Below, in pieces: positions 27,961-44,990 of a DNA stretch of 64,000 bases. The notes below the pieces were generated by a model. That model saw only the letters and a list, made by a program, of their open reading frames with translations. It did no database searches and had not been told where the DNA came from. Source of the DNA: the human T2T-CHM13v2.0 reference genome, Homo sapiens; the NCBI RefSeq assembly GCF_009914755.1, contig NC_060944.1; one strand, 5' to 3'. The translations under genes were made by a program, and so were the position numbers. Every line of letters begins with the position of its first letter. Positions within the stretch are counted from its first letter, which is position 1.

Positions 27961-30111
27961 AATTAGTTTAGGTTCAGAGGTATCTGACACAGCCCTAGAA
28001 ATGTCATGAGGTGAAATAGCCCTGGTCCTCTACCCAGTCATTTGTTCATTCAGCAGAAACTTCACTGGGTTCCTCTTGGGTGTCAGGGCAGGGCTGGGGC
28101 CCCGGAGGCTCAGGACGAGTCAGTCTCTATCCCTGCCCTCCTTAGTTGAATATGGAAGACTCATAAAGGAACTTGCAGTGTGAAGGAAAAAGAGTACAGT
28201 GGAGAGTTGAGGAAGATGCATGGGAATTGGTCAGGAACTCCCTCAAACTTTTCCACTGAAAGGCACTAAGCAAACATCACTGTCTGCTGATAGGAAGGGT
28301 ACTTGGGTACTGAGATTAAAAAAAAAATGACAGGCCAACCTTCAGAAAATCCAGAAATTGGCAATGAGTATTTATGGGTCACTGAAGTCTATGGCTTCAG
28401 GTGCAGTTGGATCTAGGGGCTCATACAGTGTTGTCAGGAATCCTTCATTGGGGAAGATGGCCCCCAGTGGCTCCAGGCAAGTAAAACACCAGCTTGGCAC
28501 CCCTGGTGAGCAAACACACCCGGTCCGACTCTCACTGGCCCAGGTTCACCCACGTGGTATTCACCTCTGCCTAGGGCCCAGGAATTTGCTGATTGATTGG
28601 ATCTGGATCATGGACACCACCCTGGGGCTGGGCACTGAGGGTGGAGGTGGGGGCAGTCATCTCCACCCAAACCAGGAGACTGTGAGACAAGGAAAAGGGG
28701 CGGCTCCCTGCAACGGAAGATGAGGAGCGGATGCCAAATAACAGATGTGTATACCTGGAGGCTCCTTGGGGAGGTGGCACAGGACCTGGGACTGAAGAGG
28801 GAGAGTAGAGGAACAAGGGGACCCTTTCCTTGGGGAACAAGGACAGTGCACGTAGGAGGCCCAGCACGTGCAGAGGTGGAGCGGCATGAAAGCATACAGT
28901 ATGTGCCGGGAACAAACATGTTGGCAAGGTGTGTGGGGCGGGGCTGTGGCGACAGAGTCCGGGAGGAGGCGAAGTGGCTGAGGAGTTAGGCCAGCCCATG
29001 AAGGGCCTTGCCTGTCATGCTAAGGTGGTGGGACTGACTCAGGTGATGGGAACCATGGAAAGGGAATGTTCTTCCTCGTCTTCCTAATGGCTCCAACTCC
29101 TTTGAGGTCCTCCTTTATATCTACAGTCCCATGCCACAGTATCATTTCACCATGCTTTATCCCTTGGGGTTTTCCTGAGAGCTCTTTCCCCTCCACCTCT
29201 GCCTCCTGCACCCCAGTTTCCTCCCACCGCACCTATCTCTGATTGACTCTTCTTGCTGGGAGGTCAGTGCAGCGGAGCTCTTAAGGACATGGGTTTGGGA
29301 GGCAGGCAGGTCAGCATTTCCATCCTGATCCTGTTGCTTCCTAGCTGTGAGAACACTCTGAGCCTTAACCTCCACATCTGTAAGATGGAATAATTGTAGC
29401 AGTCTCACCTAGGGTTGTTATGAGGATGAATTGAGGGAAGGAACATAAAGTCTTCACACAGAGGAGGTCTCCATACATGATAGCTGTTATTATTACTGTT
29501 TTATTTCACGTTTGTTTGTTTGTTTGTTTGTTTGTTTGTTTCTATTGTCCATTGGCCTTATTGTCCATTTCAACTGAACCTGCACTGATGTGTTTTCCAG
29601 TGGAACCTGTGGGTGGAAGCTGTGAGCCCTTTGGCTGGGTTCCCTTTCGCTGCAAGAGGAACCCAGGAAATGGCAAACAAATCCTGGGCTTTCACCTCGA
29701 TTGCTTCACATGGCCTGGAAGGACCTTGCTTTCTGGGAAAAAGCCTCAGGAATGAGGGAGGAGGGGCAAAGGGGGGCGAAGACAGAGCAGGATCTGAGCA
29801 GCATCTTCCAGGATGTTTACTAGTGGTGAGGAACAGGAAGGACAGGCCAGCCAGGGAGTGGCAAGGGCTCGTTTCCTTGGAAGGTAGGAGTGGCAGGGGA
29901 GAGGGATGAGCAGAAGTGGGGGTGGAGAATGATTCCTTCACCCATGGAACTCCTCCTTCTGCACAAAAACTGCCTAACAAAGCTAAGAAGGGACCCAAGC
30001 AAGAGAACAGAGTGAAATCACATTTCACCAAGGTTTTATAATGGAGCAGTCAAGAGTAGGGACTGTGGACCCAGACAGCCTGGCTTTCATTCTATCCTCA
30101 GCTGCTTACAA

Positions 30112-30332
30112 CTTTTTTTGTTTTTTTATTTTAGAGTCAGGGTCTCAGTCTGTCACCCAAGCTGGAGTGCAGTGTCACGATCATAGCTCACTGTAACCTC
30201 AAACTCCTGGGCTCAAGCGATCCTCACACTTCAACCCCTAGAGTAGCTGGGACTACAGGTGCCCACCACCCTGCCTGGCTAATTTTTAAACCTTTTGTAT
30301 AGAGACAGGATCTTGCTATGTTGCCCAGGTTG
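30112..30332 (-). mobile_element. Alu (AluJ-type, partial)
   Basis: Antisense right arm. Confidence 0.88.
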
Positions 30333-30437
30333 CACTTACTACTTTTGACCTTAAGTGAGTTGCTTTACCCCCCTGATGATCACTTTATTCATTCGTAAAT
30401 AATACAAGAGCCTACCTCATAACGTTGGGGTGAGAAC

Positions 30438-30736
30438 TTTTTTTTTTTTTTTTTGAGACAGGATCTTGCTCTGTTGTCCAGGCTGGAGTGCAGTGGCACG
30501 ATCTCGGCTCACTGCAACCTCCACCTTCCCGGATTCAAATGATTCTCCCACCTCAGCCTCCCGAGTAGCTGGGATTACAGGTGCATGCCACACACCCGGC
30601 TAATTTTTGTATTTTTAGTTGAGATGGGTTCTCATCATGTTGGCCAGGCTGCTCTTGAACTCCTGGCCTCAAGTGATCCGCCCGCCTCAGCCTCCCAAAG
30701 TGTTGGGATTACAGGCGTGAGCCACCACACCTGGCC
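30438..30736 (-). mobile_element. Alu (AluS-type)
   Basis: Full antisense Alu. Confidence 0.95.
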
Positions 30737-31019
30737 ATAAATGTGTTTTTAAACTCAAAGCAATGTCTAGTCCAGAGAAACTCTCCATACATCTGGCTAT
30801 AATATTGCAGATGTCCTTGTCAGGTCCAGGGTGGGGGTGCATGACATAGATACTGCTGGATTATTCTAGATGCTTCCAGAAATATATAAATTTAAGTGTG
30901 TGAATTAAAAATTAAGAGTAATCTGTGCAACTGTGCTGCCAATAGGTAGCCAGCATCCATATGTGGTTATTTTTATATGTACACTAATATAAATAAAATA
31001 AAATAAAATAAAAAATTCA

Positions 31020-31337
<318 letters not shown>

Positions 31338-31663
31338 TTAGCCACATTTCAAGGGCTCATTTTCTACATGTGGTTGGCTAGTGACTATCATATTGCACAG
31401 CATGGTTATAGAAATTTCTGTCATTGCAGAAAATGCTGTCAGATAGTGCTGCTCTAAGAAGAAAGGAAAACATAGAAAATGTAACACTCAGATCAGTGCG
31501 GGAAAAAATGGAAAAAAAACCCACCCCATAATTGATCCATCAAAAGCAGAAATGGAGGTAAAAAGAAATATCCTGATAGCACAGTAAATAGAAGACAAAA
31601 AGATAAATGGCAGAAGCAATTTCAATTGTATCAGTCATTGTAATAAATGTGGACCAGTTCACC

Positions 31664-32004
<341 letters not shown>

Positions 32005-32219
32005 TGAAATCATCCAGCTGTATACTGCTTTCACAAGGAACACATGACAAATGGTTACAGATCTAACCTGTTGGGTTAAAGTGCTTTGAAAATGCAGACA
32101 CTGAGGAGGGAGCGCTCACTGTCTAAATGTAGGTGCCTCTGGGGTGAACAGGTTTCAGAAGGAGGAGACAATGTGAGTTGAGAAAGGCTAAATCTAACTA
32201 CAGCTGTTGAAAATACCTT

Positions 32220-32521
32220 GACTGCCATGCATGGTGACTCACGCCTGTAATCCCAACACTTTGGGAGGCCTAGGCAGGAAGATCACTTGAGCCCAGGAGT
32301 TCGAGACCAGCCTGGGCAATGTAGTGAGACCCCACCTCTTCAAAAAAATCAAAAAGTTAGCCTGGCATGGTGGTGCATGTCTATAGTCCCAGCTGCTTGG
32401 AAAGCTAAGGCAGGAGGATCACTTGAGCCCGGGAGGCAGAGGCAGTGAGCCATATGGTGCCACTGCACTCCAGCCTGAGTGACGGAACGAGACCTCATCT
32501 TAGAAAAAAAAAAGAAAGAAA
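32220..32521 (+). mobile_element. Alu (AluJ-type)
   Basis: Dimer with A tail. Confidence 0.92.
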
Positions 32522-33040
32522 ATGCTTTGAGCTTTCTTTTTCCTGTGTCTGTTCTTATGGCGCCTTCATTATTCCCTGTGTTGTTTGGATTTCTGTCTTT
32601 TCTCCTTATTTATGCTTACCAAAGCATTATCTGTTTTCTTATCCATGTCAAGGAACCAACTTGAGTTTTAGCGATCAACTATCCTCTTCTTGTCGTTTTT
32701 CCATTCCCTTAACATCTGTTTTCATATTCACTAATTCCACTTGCTCTTTGGGTTCATTTTGTTCTAATTTTCCTAGCTTCTTCACACAAAGACTTAATTA
32801 ATTTACTCTCAGGTTCTTTTGGGGTTCCTGATAAAATATAATTTTCACTTGATTATCTCTTTGACCACATCCCACAGGCCCATTTTTTATGTGGGCCTTT
32901 TATTCTCATTTCATTATTTATTACAATTTTTATTCTCAGTTATTTTTATCCTCAATTATTCAAGATTTTTAATCTTTATTTTATTTATTCTCATTCAGTA
33001 GGTGGTTATTTCTATTTTGTTTCTTCTTTATGCCAAGTAA

Positions 33041-33364
<324 letters not shown>

Positions 33365-33629
33365 TTAGCTGTGTATTTTAAGTTTCTCCATGTATATTTG
33401 GGCGGAGGGGGGTGTTGTTGTTACTGGTTGTTTTTTTTTTCTCTCTGAATGAAAAAGCCATGGTTGGAAAAAAAAAATGCTTGTCTGCAATGCCAGGAAC
33501 CAACAGGCTTAGTTTTGCTATTTGGCCTGTTCCCTTTGCACTAGATCTGCAGCAAAGAGTGAAATGGAGTCAGCGTCTTCTTCCTCTTATTCTCTTAGCA
33601 CCAGCTGTTGAAGGGTTATGTTTTGAAGG

Positions 33630-33986
33630 TGTATTAGTCTGTTTTCATGCTGCTGATAAAGACATACCTGAGACTGGGTAGTTTATAAAGAAAAAGAGGT
33701 TTAATGAACTCACAGTTCCATGTGTCTGGGGAGGCCTCAAAATCATGGTGGAAGGTGAAAGGCACTTTACATGGCGGCAGGCAAGAAAGAATGAAAGCCA
33801 CGTGAAAGGGATTCCCCTTATAAAACCATCAGATCTTGTGAGACTTATTCACTACCACGAAACAGTATGGGGGAACCACCCCCATGACTCAATTATCTCC
33901 CACTGGGTCCCTTCCACAACATGAGGGAATTATGGGAGCTACAATTTAAGATGAGATTTGGGTGGGGACACAGCCAAATCATATCA
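33630..33986 (-). mobile_element. THE1 (MaLR) solo LTR
   Basis: tgtattagtctgttttcatgctgctgataaagacatacc...cagccaaatcatatca; 5-bp TSD gaagg/gaagt. Confidence 0.9.
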
Positions 33987-35139
33987 GAAGTGGAGCAGGA
34001 GATGACATCAAATTTGTGTTTTCTTAATCAAGTCTGGCATTGGGCAGGACTGCTACAGGTGGTAACAGCAATCATGGTACTTCTCCTTGAGCATACTTCC
34101 TGAGCCTCCTTTCTCTACTGAACTCTTCCAAGAGCCAGTGAGAAAGGATTTATTAGCCCTGTTTTACAGGTGAGGAAACGAGTTCAAAGAGAAGAAGCAG
34201 CTTGCCCAGGGTGGCACAGAGCAAGTGGCAGTGCTAAGACTGGTACTCAGGCCTTTTCAGTCCTAGTCCTCATTGCTTTACACTGTGCTAAGCTGTCAAC
34301 ACAGCAGATCATATAACAACTTAGAGGAACAGCATCCATTGTTTCATTTTATCTTCCCACCGGCTCTGAAAGCAAACAAGGTGGGTATTATTGTCCCCAT
34401 TTTACACATGAGCAAACTGACACTGAGAGATCAGAAGTACCTTGGTTCAAGTGCAGCTGAGAGGGGCACAGAGTGAGATGAGGTATGCACAGATACACAA
34501 GAAAGAAGCTTAAGAATGTCTTTAATAACCACAGCTCTCGGATCACTGGATTCATGAGGACTGGAAGGGGAAAAGAAGCAAATGGCAAGAAAACAGATCT
34601 ACCAAAAACAAAACAAAGCAAGACAAAAAGCCTCTCACATTCTTACATTCAGCCAAGGATTTTGTACCTTCTTCACTAGTTTGTTCATTCATAAAATGGG
34701 AATATTGAAACACTAATTTCTTTGGATTTAGGAAGAATTTTTCAGAATTATTATTTTTGAGCTCCTCCTTTACTACCCTTTTCATTTTTCATCTTTAGCC
34801 AATGGTCCATTTGGATATAAATTAAACTAATCTAGGACTAAAAACCTCACATTGTAAGATACGGAAGTCAGAATTATTGTGCAGTTTGGTATTTCCTAAG
34901 TAATGAAGTAGTTGGGTCATGGCGTGCTTTCCTGATTCCCACAAACTGACCCTTGTGCTCGCTCGTCATGTACTCAGGAATCTTTATTCCATTTTAAAGG
35001 AGAAAAATGTTTGAATGGATGCTTTATATATTGGTATTTTTAACACACAGATGTTGTAACATCTTTCATTAATGTGTCAGGAGCCCTTTGGAAGAGACTG
35101 ATCTAGTAACATTTCCTCATTTTATAGATTTCCTTATTT

Positions 35140-35562
35140 TATATTCAAGTTATCTATTGCTGTTTAACAAAACACTCCAAGACTTAGCATCTTCTAATAA
35201 TAATCATCTTATATCTACTAGTTCTCTGGGTTGAATGGGCTCAGCTGGGTGGTTCTTCTGCAGCTGTGGTTGGAATCATCTGGAGGCCCCTGTCTGTTGC
35301 CTAAGGGTCTCTCCACACAGTTTTTCCATGTGACAGTGTAGCCAGATTTCTTACAGAGTGGCTTGGGGCTCCCCAAAAAAACATAAAATGTGGAAATTGC
35401 TCAAGGTTTAGACCCAGGACTGAACAGTGTCATGGTAGCCATATTCTGGTGGTTAAAACTAGTCACAGAGCTACTCAGATTCAGTGTGAGAGGGAACCAC
35501 ATAAAGGCATAACACCAGGAGGCATGACTCATTGGGAGCCATCTTTAGAGACCAGCTCCCAC
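35140..35562 (-). mobile_element. Old MLT1 LTR
   Basis: ttatctattgctgtttaacaaaacactccaagacttag motif. Confidence 0.6.
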
Positions 35563-36512
35563 AGCCCAAAAAGGGCAAGTGACTGGCCTGGTGTCACACT
35601 GCAAGTTAGTTACCAAAACAGAAAAGAACCTTGTTTTGCAAATCTCTAAATTATTGTCCTGTCCTCACTACTATATATGTGTAAAAATGACTTGGGGGCC
35701 CTACAAATCCCTCAATTAGCAAAAAAAAAAAAAAAAGAGTGAGAGAGACATTGCAGGTTTTTCCATGAGTCTGGAAATTCTGTTGCTCAGTGTACTAATT
35801 GGGAGCTTTTAAATTATAATTTACAGAAACCAACTCAATCTGACTAAAAGAACAAAGAGTATTGGTTGGCTCATGTAACGAGAGCCCAGTGGATTGGGTA
35901 AGCTTCAGGCACTGCTAGATCCATGGGTTCATGCAATAATATTGGGATCTATTTCTTGTTATCTTTTGGCTCTGCTCTCATCTGTGTTGGTTTCATTTTC
36001 ATAAAGGCCTTCTGCACAGCATGACCAATGACTATTTTGTTTCTGTAACTTGAAATTCTCAAAAAATGTAGTTCTTTTTTCTTGTCTATGTATAGCAATT
36101 CCCTGAGACCCACTTGCTCATCCCTATGTGTGGGTGGAGAGTACATGTGACTGGTAAACCCATCAGTGGGGAAGGGGCTCTTCCTCAAAGGAAAAGATTC
36201 CAGGCAGACAGAAGAAGTAACAAGTGTTTACTACACCCAGAGGCTTGTATTCCTTGAAGATTTGTTTCCATGTGGAAGCAGTTGAAAACTGGTACCTATG
36301 GGTTGCACTCTGAGATGTGTTTTGTCTGACTCAAAGAATATTTTTATATATTCTTGGAACAGCATTTAAAAATCAGAAAATAGTTTATAAAAATCTGGAT
36401 TTATGGTTTCTCTTTAAAAAAAAACCAGATCTGGCAGTTCTTGACCTTCCTGTTTTCCAATTTCCTTATCTGTGACATGGAGATATTAGTAATACCTAAC
36501 TCGTGAGGTTAC

Positions 36513-36939
36513 TGTTCCATGGTGAGCAGGTCTATGCAAACCTACCTCTGAAGGCTGAGGAGCTGAGAGGCCAAAGAAAGAGGCTGACAAATCCAGTCTT
36601 GCAGAAAGAAATTTCACAGGGACATAAAAACAGGAGCCATATCTCAGGTAGCCACAAGACCGTGGATTCCCATACCTGACCTCCAGAAAGTATTCTTAAT
36701 ATATCAAGCTTTTAGCATAAAACATGTGCAGCTGATCATGTCTTCAGACTTTCTTGCCAAGACTTGTGACCACTGGAGAGGCTGGATAAGCATCTTTATG
36801 AAGGGTTATCTATGCTACAGGCATTTTTAAAGAACTTACTGTAGAACAACTTGGTATGTGGGGCCCAAATATCCATCATCATGGTGGTTTCACTTCAAGA
36901 TGGCCTCACTCTGGCCATGCAACAGGGTGTTTTCCTACA
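36513..36939 (-). mobile_element. Solo LTR (LTR47-like) inserted in a MIR
   Basis: Minus strand starts TGTAGGAAAACACCCTGTTGCATGG; MIR sequence resumes at gttgtgaggatta. Confidence 0.6.
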
Positions 36940-38599
36940 GTTGTGAGGATTACATGAAATGATGCGTTTAAAGTTTCTTACACTATGCCTGGCACATAGG
37001 GATCAGTCATGAAATGGCAGTTACTCTTCTAATAATTTGCCTGAGATTATACAGTCGGTGTGTTAACAATACCTGGAGCTGTGTTGTGACTTTAGATGAG
37101 GCATGAACTCTCCAGTTTGGCAATCCCCACCATTCTTTGTTGTCTCACATGCAGCCCGTGTTCCTCATTGATCTTAACTGGCAGCTCCCTGCTATATAGC
37201 ATTTCTTCTTAGTTTTCGTTAGCACTCTTACCTGGACCCTTGTACTAGCCTTCCAACCTGGGTTTGCTCTTGCTCTTTGGTTTCACTGCTAGGAATAGAA
37301 ACTGGAAATAGCATAGTTTCACTAAGTCAGAAATTGTTGGGATTTTCTTCTTAGCACATAAAAATATATGGAGATTGACAATCCATTGTTGGTATGGTAG
37401 GCTTACTGCCATCAGGGACCCATTCTTCTTCTATATTTCCATCCTACTATGTCGGTGTGTAGCTTGCATCCTCATGGTTACCCCCCATCATGTTCCAAGA
37501 TGGCTGCTGAAGCTCCAGTCATCACACCTGCATTCCAGGCAAGAGGTAAGGGAGCTAGAAAAAAGGGCAAAAAAGATCTAGCCAGCTGTTTCCCTCCTCA
37601 CCCTCTTCTTGGAGAGCTTTTTTCAATGTCCCACCAAAAAAACTCCCTCTTCCATCTTAGTAGCCACCAATAGCTGTGGGAAAGGTGGGAAATGTAGTCT
37701 TTTAGCTGGATGTAGTCCTGATACCAAAGAAAAAGGGGTGAATGGACATTGATTGGGCCACATTCACCTCATTTAGCATCTCCATACAACAGCAAGAGCA
37801 ATATTTTAAAAATTAAAAATAGATGACCGATTTGTTTCCTGTTGGGACTCATAAAAAATGAAAAATAAAAGTAGATCACCTCATTCCTGGCTGAAGCCAG
37901 CAAAGGCTTCCAACCACTGAGAATGACATTCCTCATTGTCCTCTTGACTTGCAAAGCCCCACATGATCTGGCCCCTGCCTATTTCTCCTGCCTCATCATC
38001 TCCCATCACTCTCACTCACTGGGCTTCAGCCTCTGGCCTCCTGTCTGATTACCTCAGTGATTAAAGGTCCTCACTTTAGCCACATCATCTCTACAACTTA
38101 CTTGTTATGTGACCATGAGAAAGTTTCTTAACTTCTCTGCACTTTGGAGGATGATATGTTATAGGGTAGCTGTAACAATTAAATGAGAAAATACATATAA
38201 AGCTCTTAAAACAGATTCTGGCATTTAGTAAGGGCCATATAAGTACTAACCATTAATATCCATAGTTGTTCAAACACCAAGAACTGTCCTACCTCAGGGC
38301 CTCTGTACTTTGTGTTCACTCTGTCTAGGATGTTCTTCTCCCAGATTTTCCTGGGACTTTCATGTCACTCAAATCTCTGCTCAAATTTTTGCTCTTCAGA
38401 GAGGCCTTAAAATAGTACTACTCCATCAACCTTAATTCTCCTTCCCTGCTTCATTTTTTATGACATCTTCACTATCTGAAATTATATACTTATTTATCAT
38501 CTTCCTATTTCTTCTAGAACTTTAGATCCTGGACAACACATCTGTATTCCAGCCCTAAGAGCACTTCCTGGCATGTTGTAAATGCCAGATAAATAAATT

Positions 38600-39147
38600 T
38601 GGATGGATGGATAGATGGATGGATGGATGGACTGATGTGTGGATGAGTATATAAAGGGATGAAATACAGAGATGGGTGGATGAATGGATGGATTTGTAGA
38701 TAGACTGATCAACAAATTGATGGATGGTTGGGTGAATTAAGGTATAGATAAATGGACATGCAGATGGATGAATATTTGGATGGATGAAGTAGATGAATGG
38801 ATGGAGGATGCATAGATGGATGGATGGGTGGTTGAATAGATGGAGTGGATGGAAGAATGGATGGATAGTTAAATGGATGATTGAACAGATGGTGTAGATG
38901 GATGGTGGTTGGATGGATGGATGGATGGATGGATGGATGGATGGATGGATGGATGGTTGGAGTGGATGGATAGATGGATAGATGGATCAGTGAATGGTTG
39001 AATGGGTGGTTGAACAGATGGAGTAGATGGATGGAGGATGAATGGATGGATGGTTGAATTGATGGAGTGGATGGATGGACAGATGGAAGGATGGATGGAT
39101 GGATGGATGGATGGATGGATGGATGGATGGTTGAATTGATGGAGTGG

Positions 39148-39183
<36 letters not shown>

Positions 39184-39282
39184 ATGGATGGATGGTTTGA
39201 ATGGATGGTTGAATAGATGGAGTAGATGGATGGATAAATGAAGGTGTTGACAGATGGAGGGAAGGTTGAATGGATGGATGGT
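38600..39282. repeat. (GGAT)n complex simple repeat, about 680 bp
   Basis: Pure and degenerate TGGA runs directly upstream of exon 2. Confidence 0.97.
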
Positions 39283-39302
39283 ATGACAAGGAACCATTCT
39301 AA

Positions 39303-40661
<1,359 letters not shown>

Positions 40662-41095
40662 TAGGGGGAAGTTTGGGGACTTCCCACCCTGATGACCTGG
40701 CAGGGTGTCAGTGGGGCACTAGAGGTGGGTTGACCATGAAGCCTCAGGGCCCCTCACTTACCTGCAGTTGCTCCTCCCAGGGCCAGTGCCTAATTTTATG
40801 TTTGTAATTTGTATTCCTTAAAAGCCTCCCCAAGTCATTTGAGCTTCAGGTCCCTTAAAGCCCGGATAGCTCACAACTGGAAGGAATTTAATGAATAGCG
40901 TGAAAACCAATCATCCCAGTTCGTCCAAGACTGTTCCCATCTCGGCATTGAAAGTCTCATGTCTCAGAAAACCTCTCAGTCTTCAGCAAACTGAGACTCT
41001 ACTGTAATTCTTATAGCAGAATGGGAGTGGGAGTTTAGTATCAGGAGCCTGACACTAGAAAATCCCATTGTTGAGAGGCTGCATGTTTGACCTGA

Positions 41096-41362
<267 letters not shown>

Positions 41363-41597
41363 TAGCTGCAGAACTATTATTCTGTGCAGAAACATCATCA
41401 AATGTCCAAGACGACATCCAGGACCCTCATATGCACTGTAAAACTCCCCAGGCCAGCTAATGGGTGATGGTCTACACCCAGTACTGGTGAGAGGTCATCT
41501 GAGGTCAACCGGCAGGAGTAAGAGTAGCAATGTTTATTTGCTCCAAACTGGCTTAAACTGGTTCATGACACCTGCCAGGTGGAAGTTTTTCTTGGCT

Positions 41598-41953
<356 letters not shown>

Positions 41954-42349
41954 TAGCATTGAAACCCATTCTGAGGTGTGGTGGGATGGGGTGGAAATGA
42001 TGTGGGCCCAGAACACCAGGGAATGACTCTGAGATGCTGAGATGCTCATGGCTCCAGGCCCTGGTCTTCAGTGGGTATTGCTCATCTGGGCCAGAGTACA
42101 CAGGCTCCTTCACTGTGGTCCCCAAGGCACAGTTCTTAGGGTTCAGTTATTTTCCTATTCCCTATGGCCAAGAGTTTCCTTCCCAAAGGTGCAGCCAACT
42201 TGGGAGGCTGGGGGGCAGTGCTGTGGGAAACCCCAGTGGAAGAACCCCCCTATCATGGCTGTCTTCCAACCCCAGTCTTAGGGAATCCAAGCTTCTCCCT
42301 GCAGCCTCAGTCTTCAAGCATTTCCCTTTGTGTGGAGTAAATGAGTGAG

Positions 42350-42418
42350 AGAGGAGAAAGAAGGAGAGAAACAAGGAAGGGAGGAAGGAAGGGAGGGAGG
42401 GAGGAAGGAAGGAAGGAA
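42350..42418. repeat. GA-rich / (GGAA)n tract
   Basis: Seen directly. Confidence 0.85.
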
Positions 42419-42893
42419 TTTATTAGAATTGTGTCATATATCATCCCCATTTCACAGATGGGAAAATACATCCTTACCCCGTCCAGCCAGGGAGTCAAAA
42501 GACTAGAACCAGCCCCACTGCCTTCTAGCCCATTGCTCTCCCTGCTGGCGATAGGTCCAGCTGGTCATGGGAGGCTGCCTAAAGGAGGTATGGACGTGGC
42601 TGTCAGAGGTGAGAATGGCTTCCAAAACATAATTTGTCTTCCACCTTGACAAAGATCCTTCCTCCACAGCCTCTTCTCTGTCTTGGGATGAATGACATCA
42701 AATGACTCAGGGTCATTCCCATCTTGGCTGCTGGTTCTGAGACCCACCGGAGGCTCTAGGAGGAGGCTGACTCTGGGACTGAACTGTGGCTTTTGTCCTC
42801 TCTCCCAAACCAGTCACAGGTCAAACTGGCTGAAACTCAATTCTCTGAATGATCAATTCACTGAATGACCGATTCATGGAATTTCTGGGTGTG

Positions 42894-43220
<327 letters not shown>

Positions 43221-43547
43221 TGAAATTTCTAAGGATTTTTTTTTTTTCAAACTGAGATTTGCCAAGGCCGTGTCCATGCAGCTGTTTGGCCACTCAGCTG
43301 GATCCACGATCCCTCAGGCCAGGCTTTCGGAGCCCAAGCGTGCTCCACGGGATAGTGCTCTAGATGTGGGTGAGGGGCCTTTCCCATAAACACAAGTTGC
43401 CTTTGTCTCTGTGCTTGTGGACTTGCGTCCTGGCTCATCCCCGCCTTTGAGACAATCAGCGAGATTTCCGCTTTAAGGTACTTCACTGACAGCTTATTGG
43501 TCACTCTGCAAATTGACCAACGGGAACGTTTGCTTTGAGTGAACTGA

Positions 43548-44201
<654 letters not shown>

Positions 44202-44474
44202 GGCACTATGAGTTTTGTCCGGTCACACACAAACTGTTTTCCTTGAGTTGTTTTGTGTCTCCCTACAGTGCCTTTTCATTTGACTTTAAGACCCAGCTCA
44301 TGGGGATTTAAAAATCATTTGATTATGGAATCACAGGAGGCTAGAAGAGTAGAATCTTAAAACCATAAACTATCTTAGAGTCACAGGACCTTGGAGTAGC
44401 AAAATATCATAACTATGGCCTTTAAACATTGCACGCAAAACGCTTGTGGGCTTCATGCCTTCATTCCGTGGCTA

Positions 44475-44990
44475 TTTATTAAGTCCTTACTCTGTGCCAG
44501 ACAGTGTTCAGAGCCTTAGGAAACATGCTGAGATTAAGGAAGACAAAGTGCCTGTCCTCAAGAGCTTCCATTTGATGGGGGAGGGAAGCCAACAAATGCA
44601 TAAACAAGAGCGTTTTAGTTGGTGATGGGTAATTAGGAGAAAATGAAGCAGAGCAAAATATGTTGAGAGGGCTAGGTTGACACAGGAGGAACAAAGAAGA
44701 AAGGGGTTGTGGCTGAAGTAGAGTGGGTGGTGAGGGAGGGAAGTCGTCTCAGAGGAGGTGGAATTTAAGTTAGTGAGAAGGAGGCAGCCATGTAATGATG
44801 AGGGGAGGAGCATTCTAAGCAGAAGGAACAGCAAGTGCAAAGGCCCTGAGGTGGGCATGTATCTGGCATGTGCAAGGAACAACAAGGAAGCCAGTGTGCC
44901 TGGAACAGAGGGAGGAAGGGAAGAGCGTGGAGGGTCAGACAGGCCAGATGGGTAGGATCACATCAGGTCTTCAGGTTATTGAGGGGAGTT
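44475..44990 (-). mobile_element. L2 fragment
   Basis: Antisense L2 motifs (gcaagtgcaaaggccctgaggtggg). Confidence 0.7.
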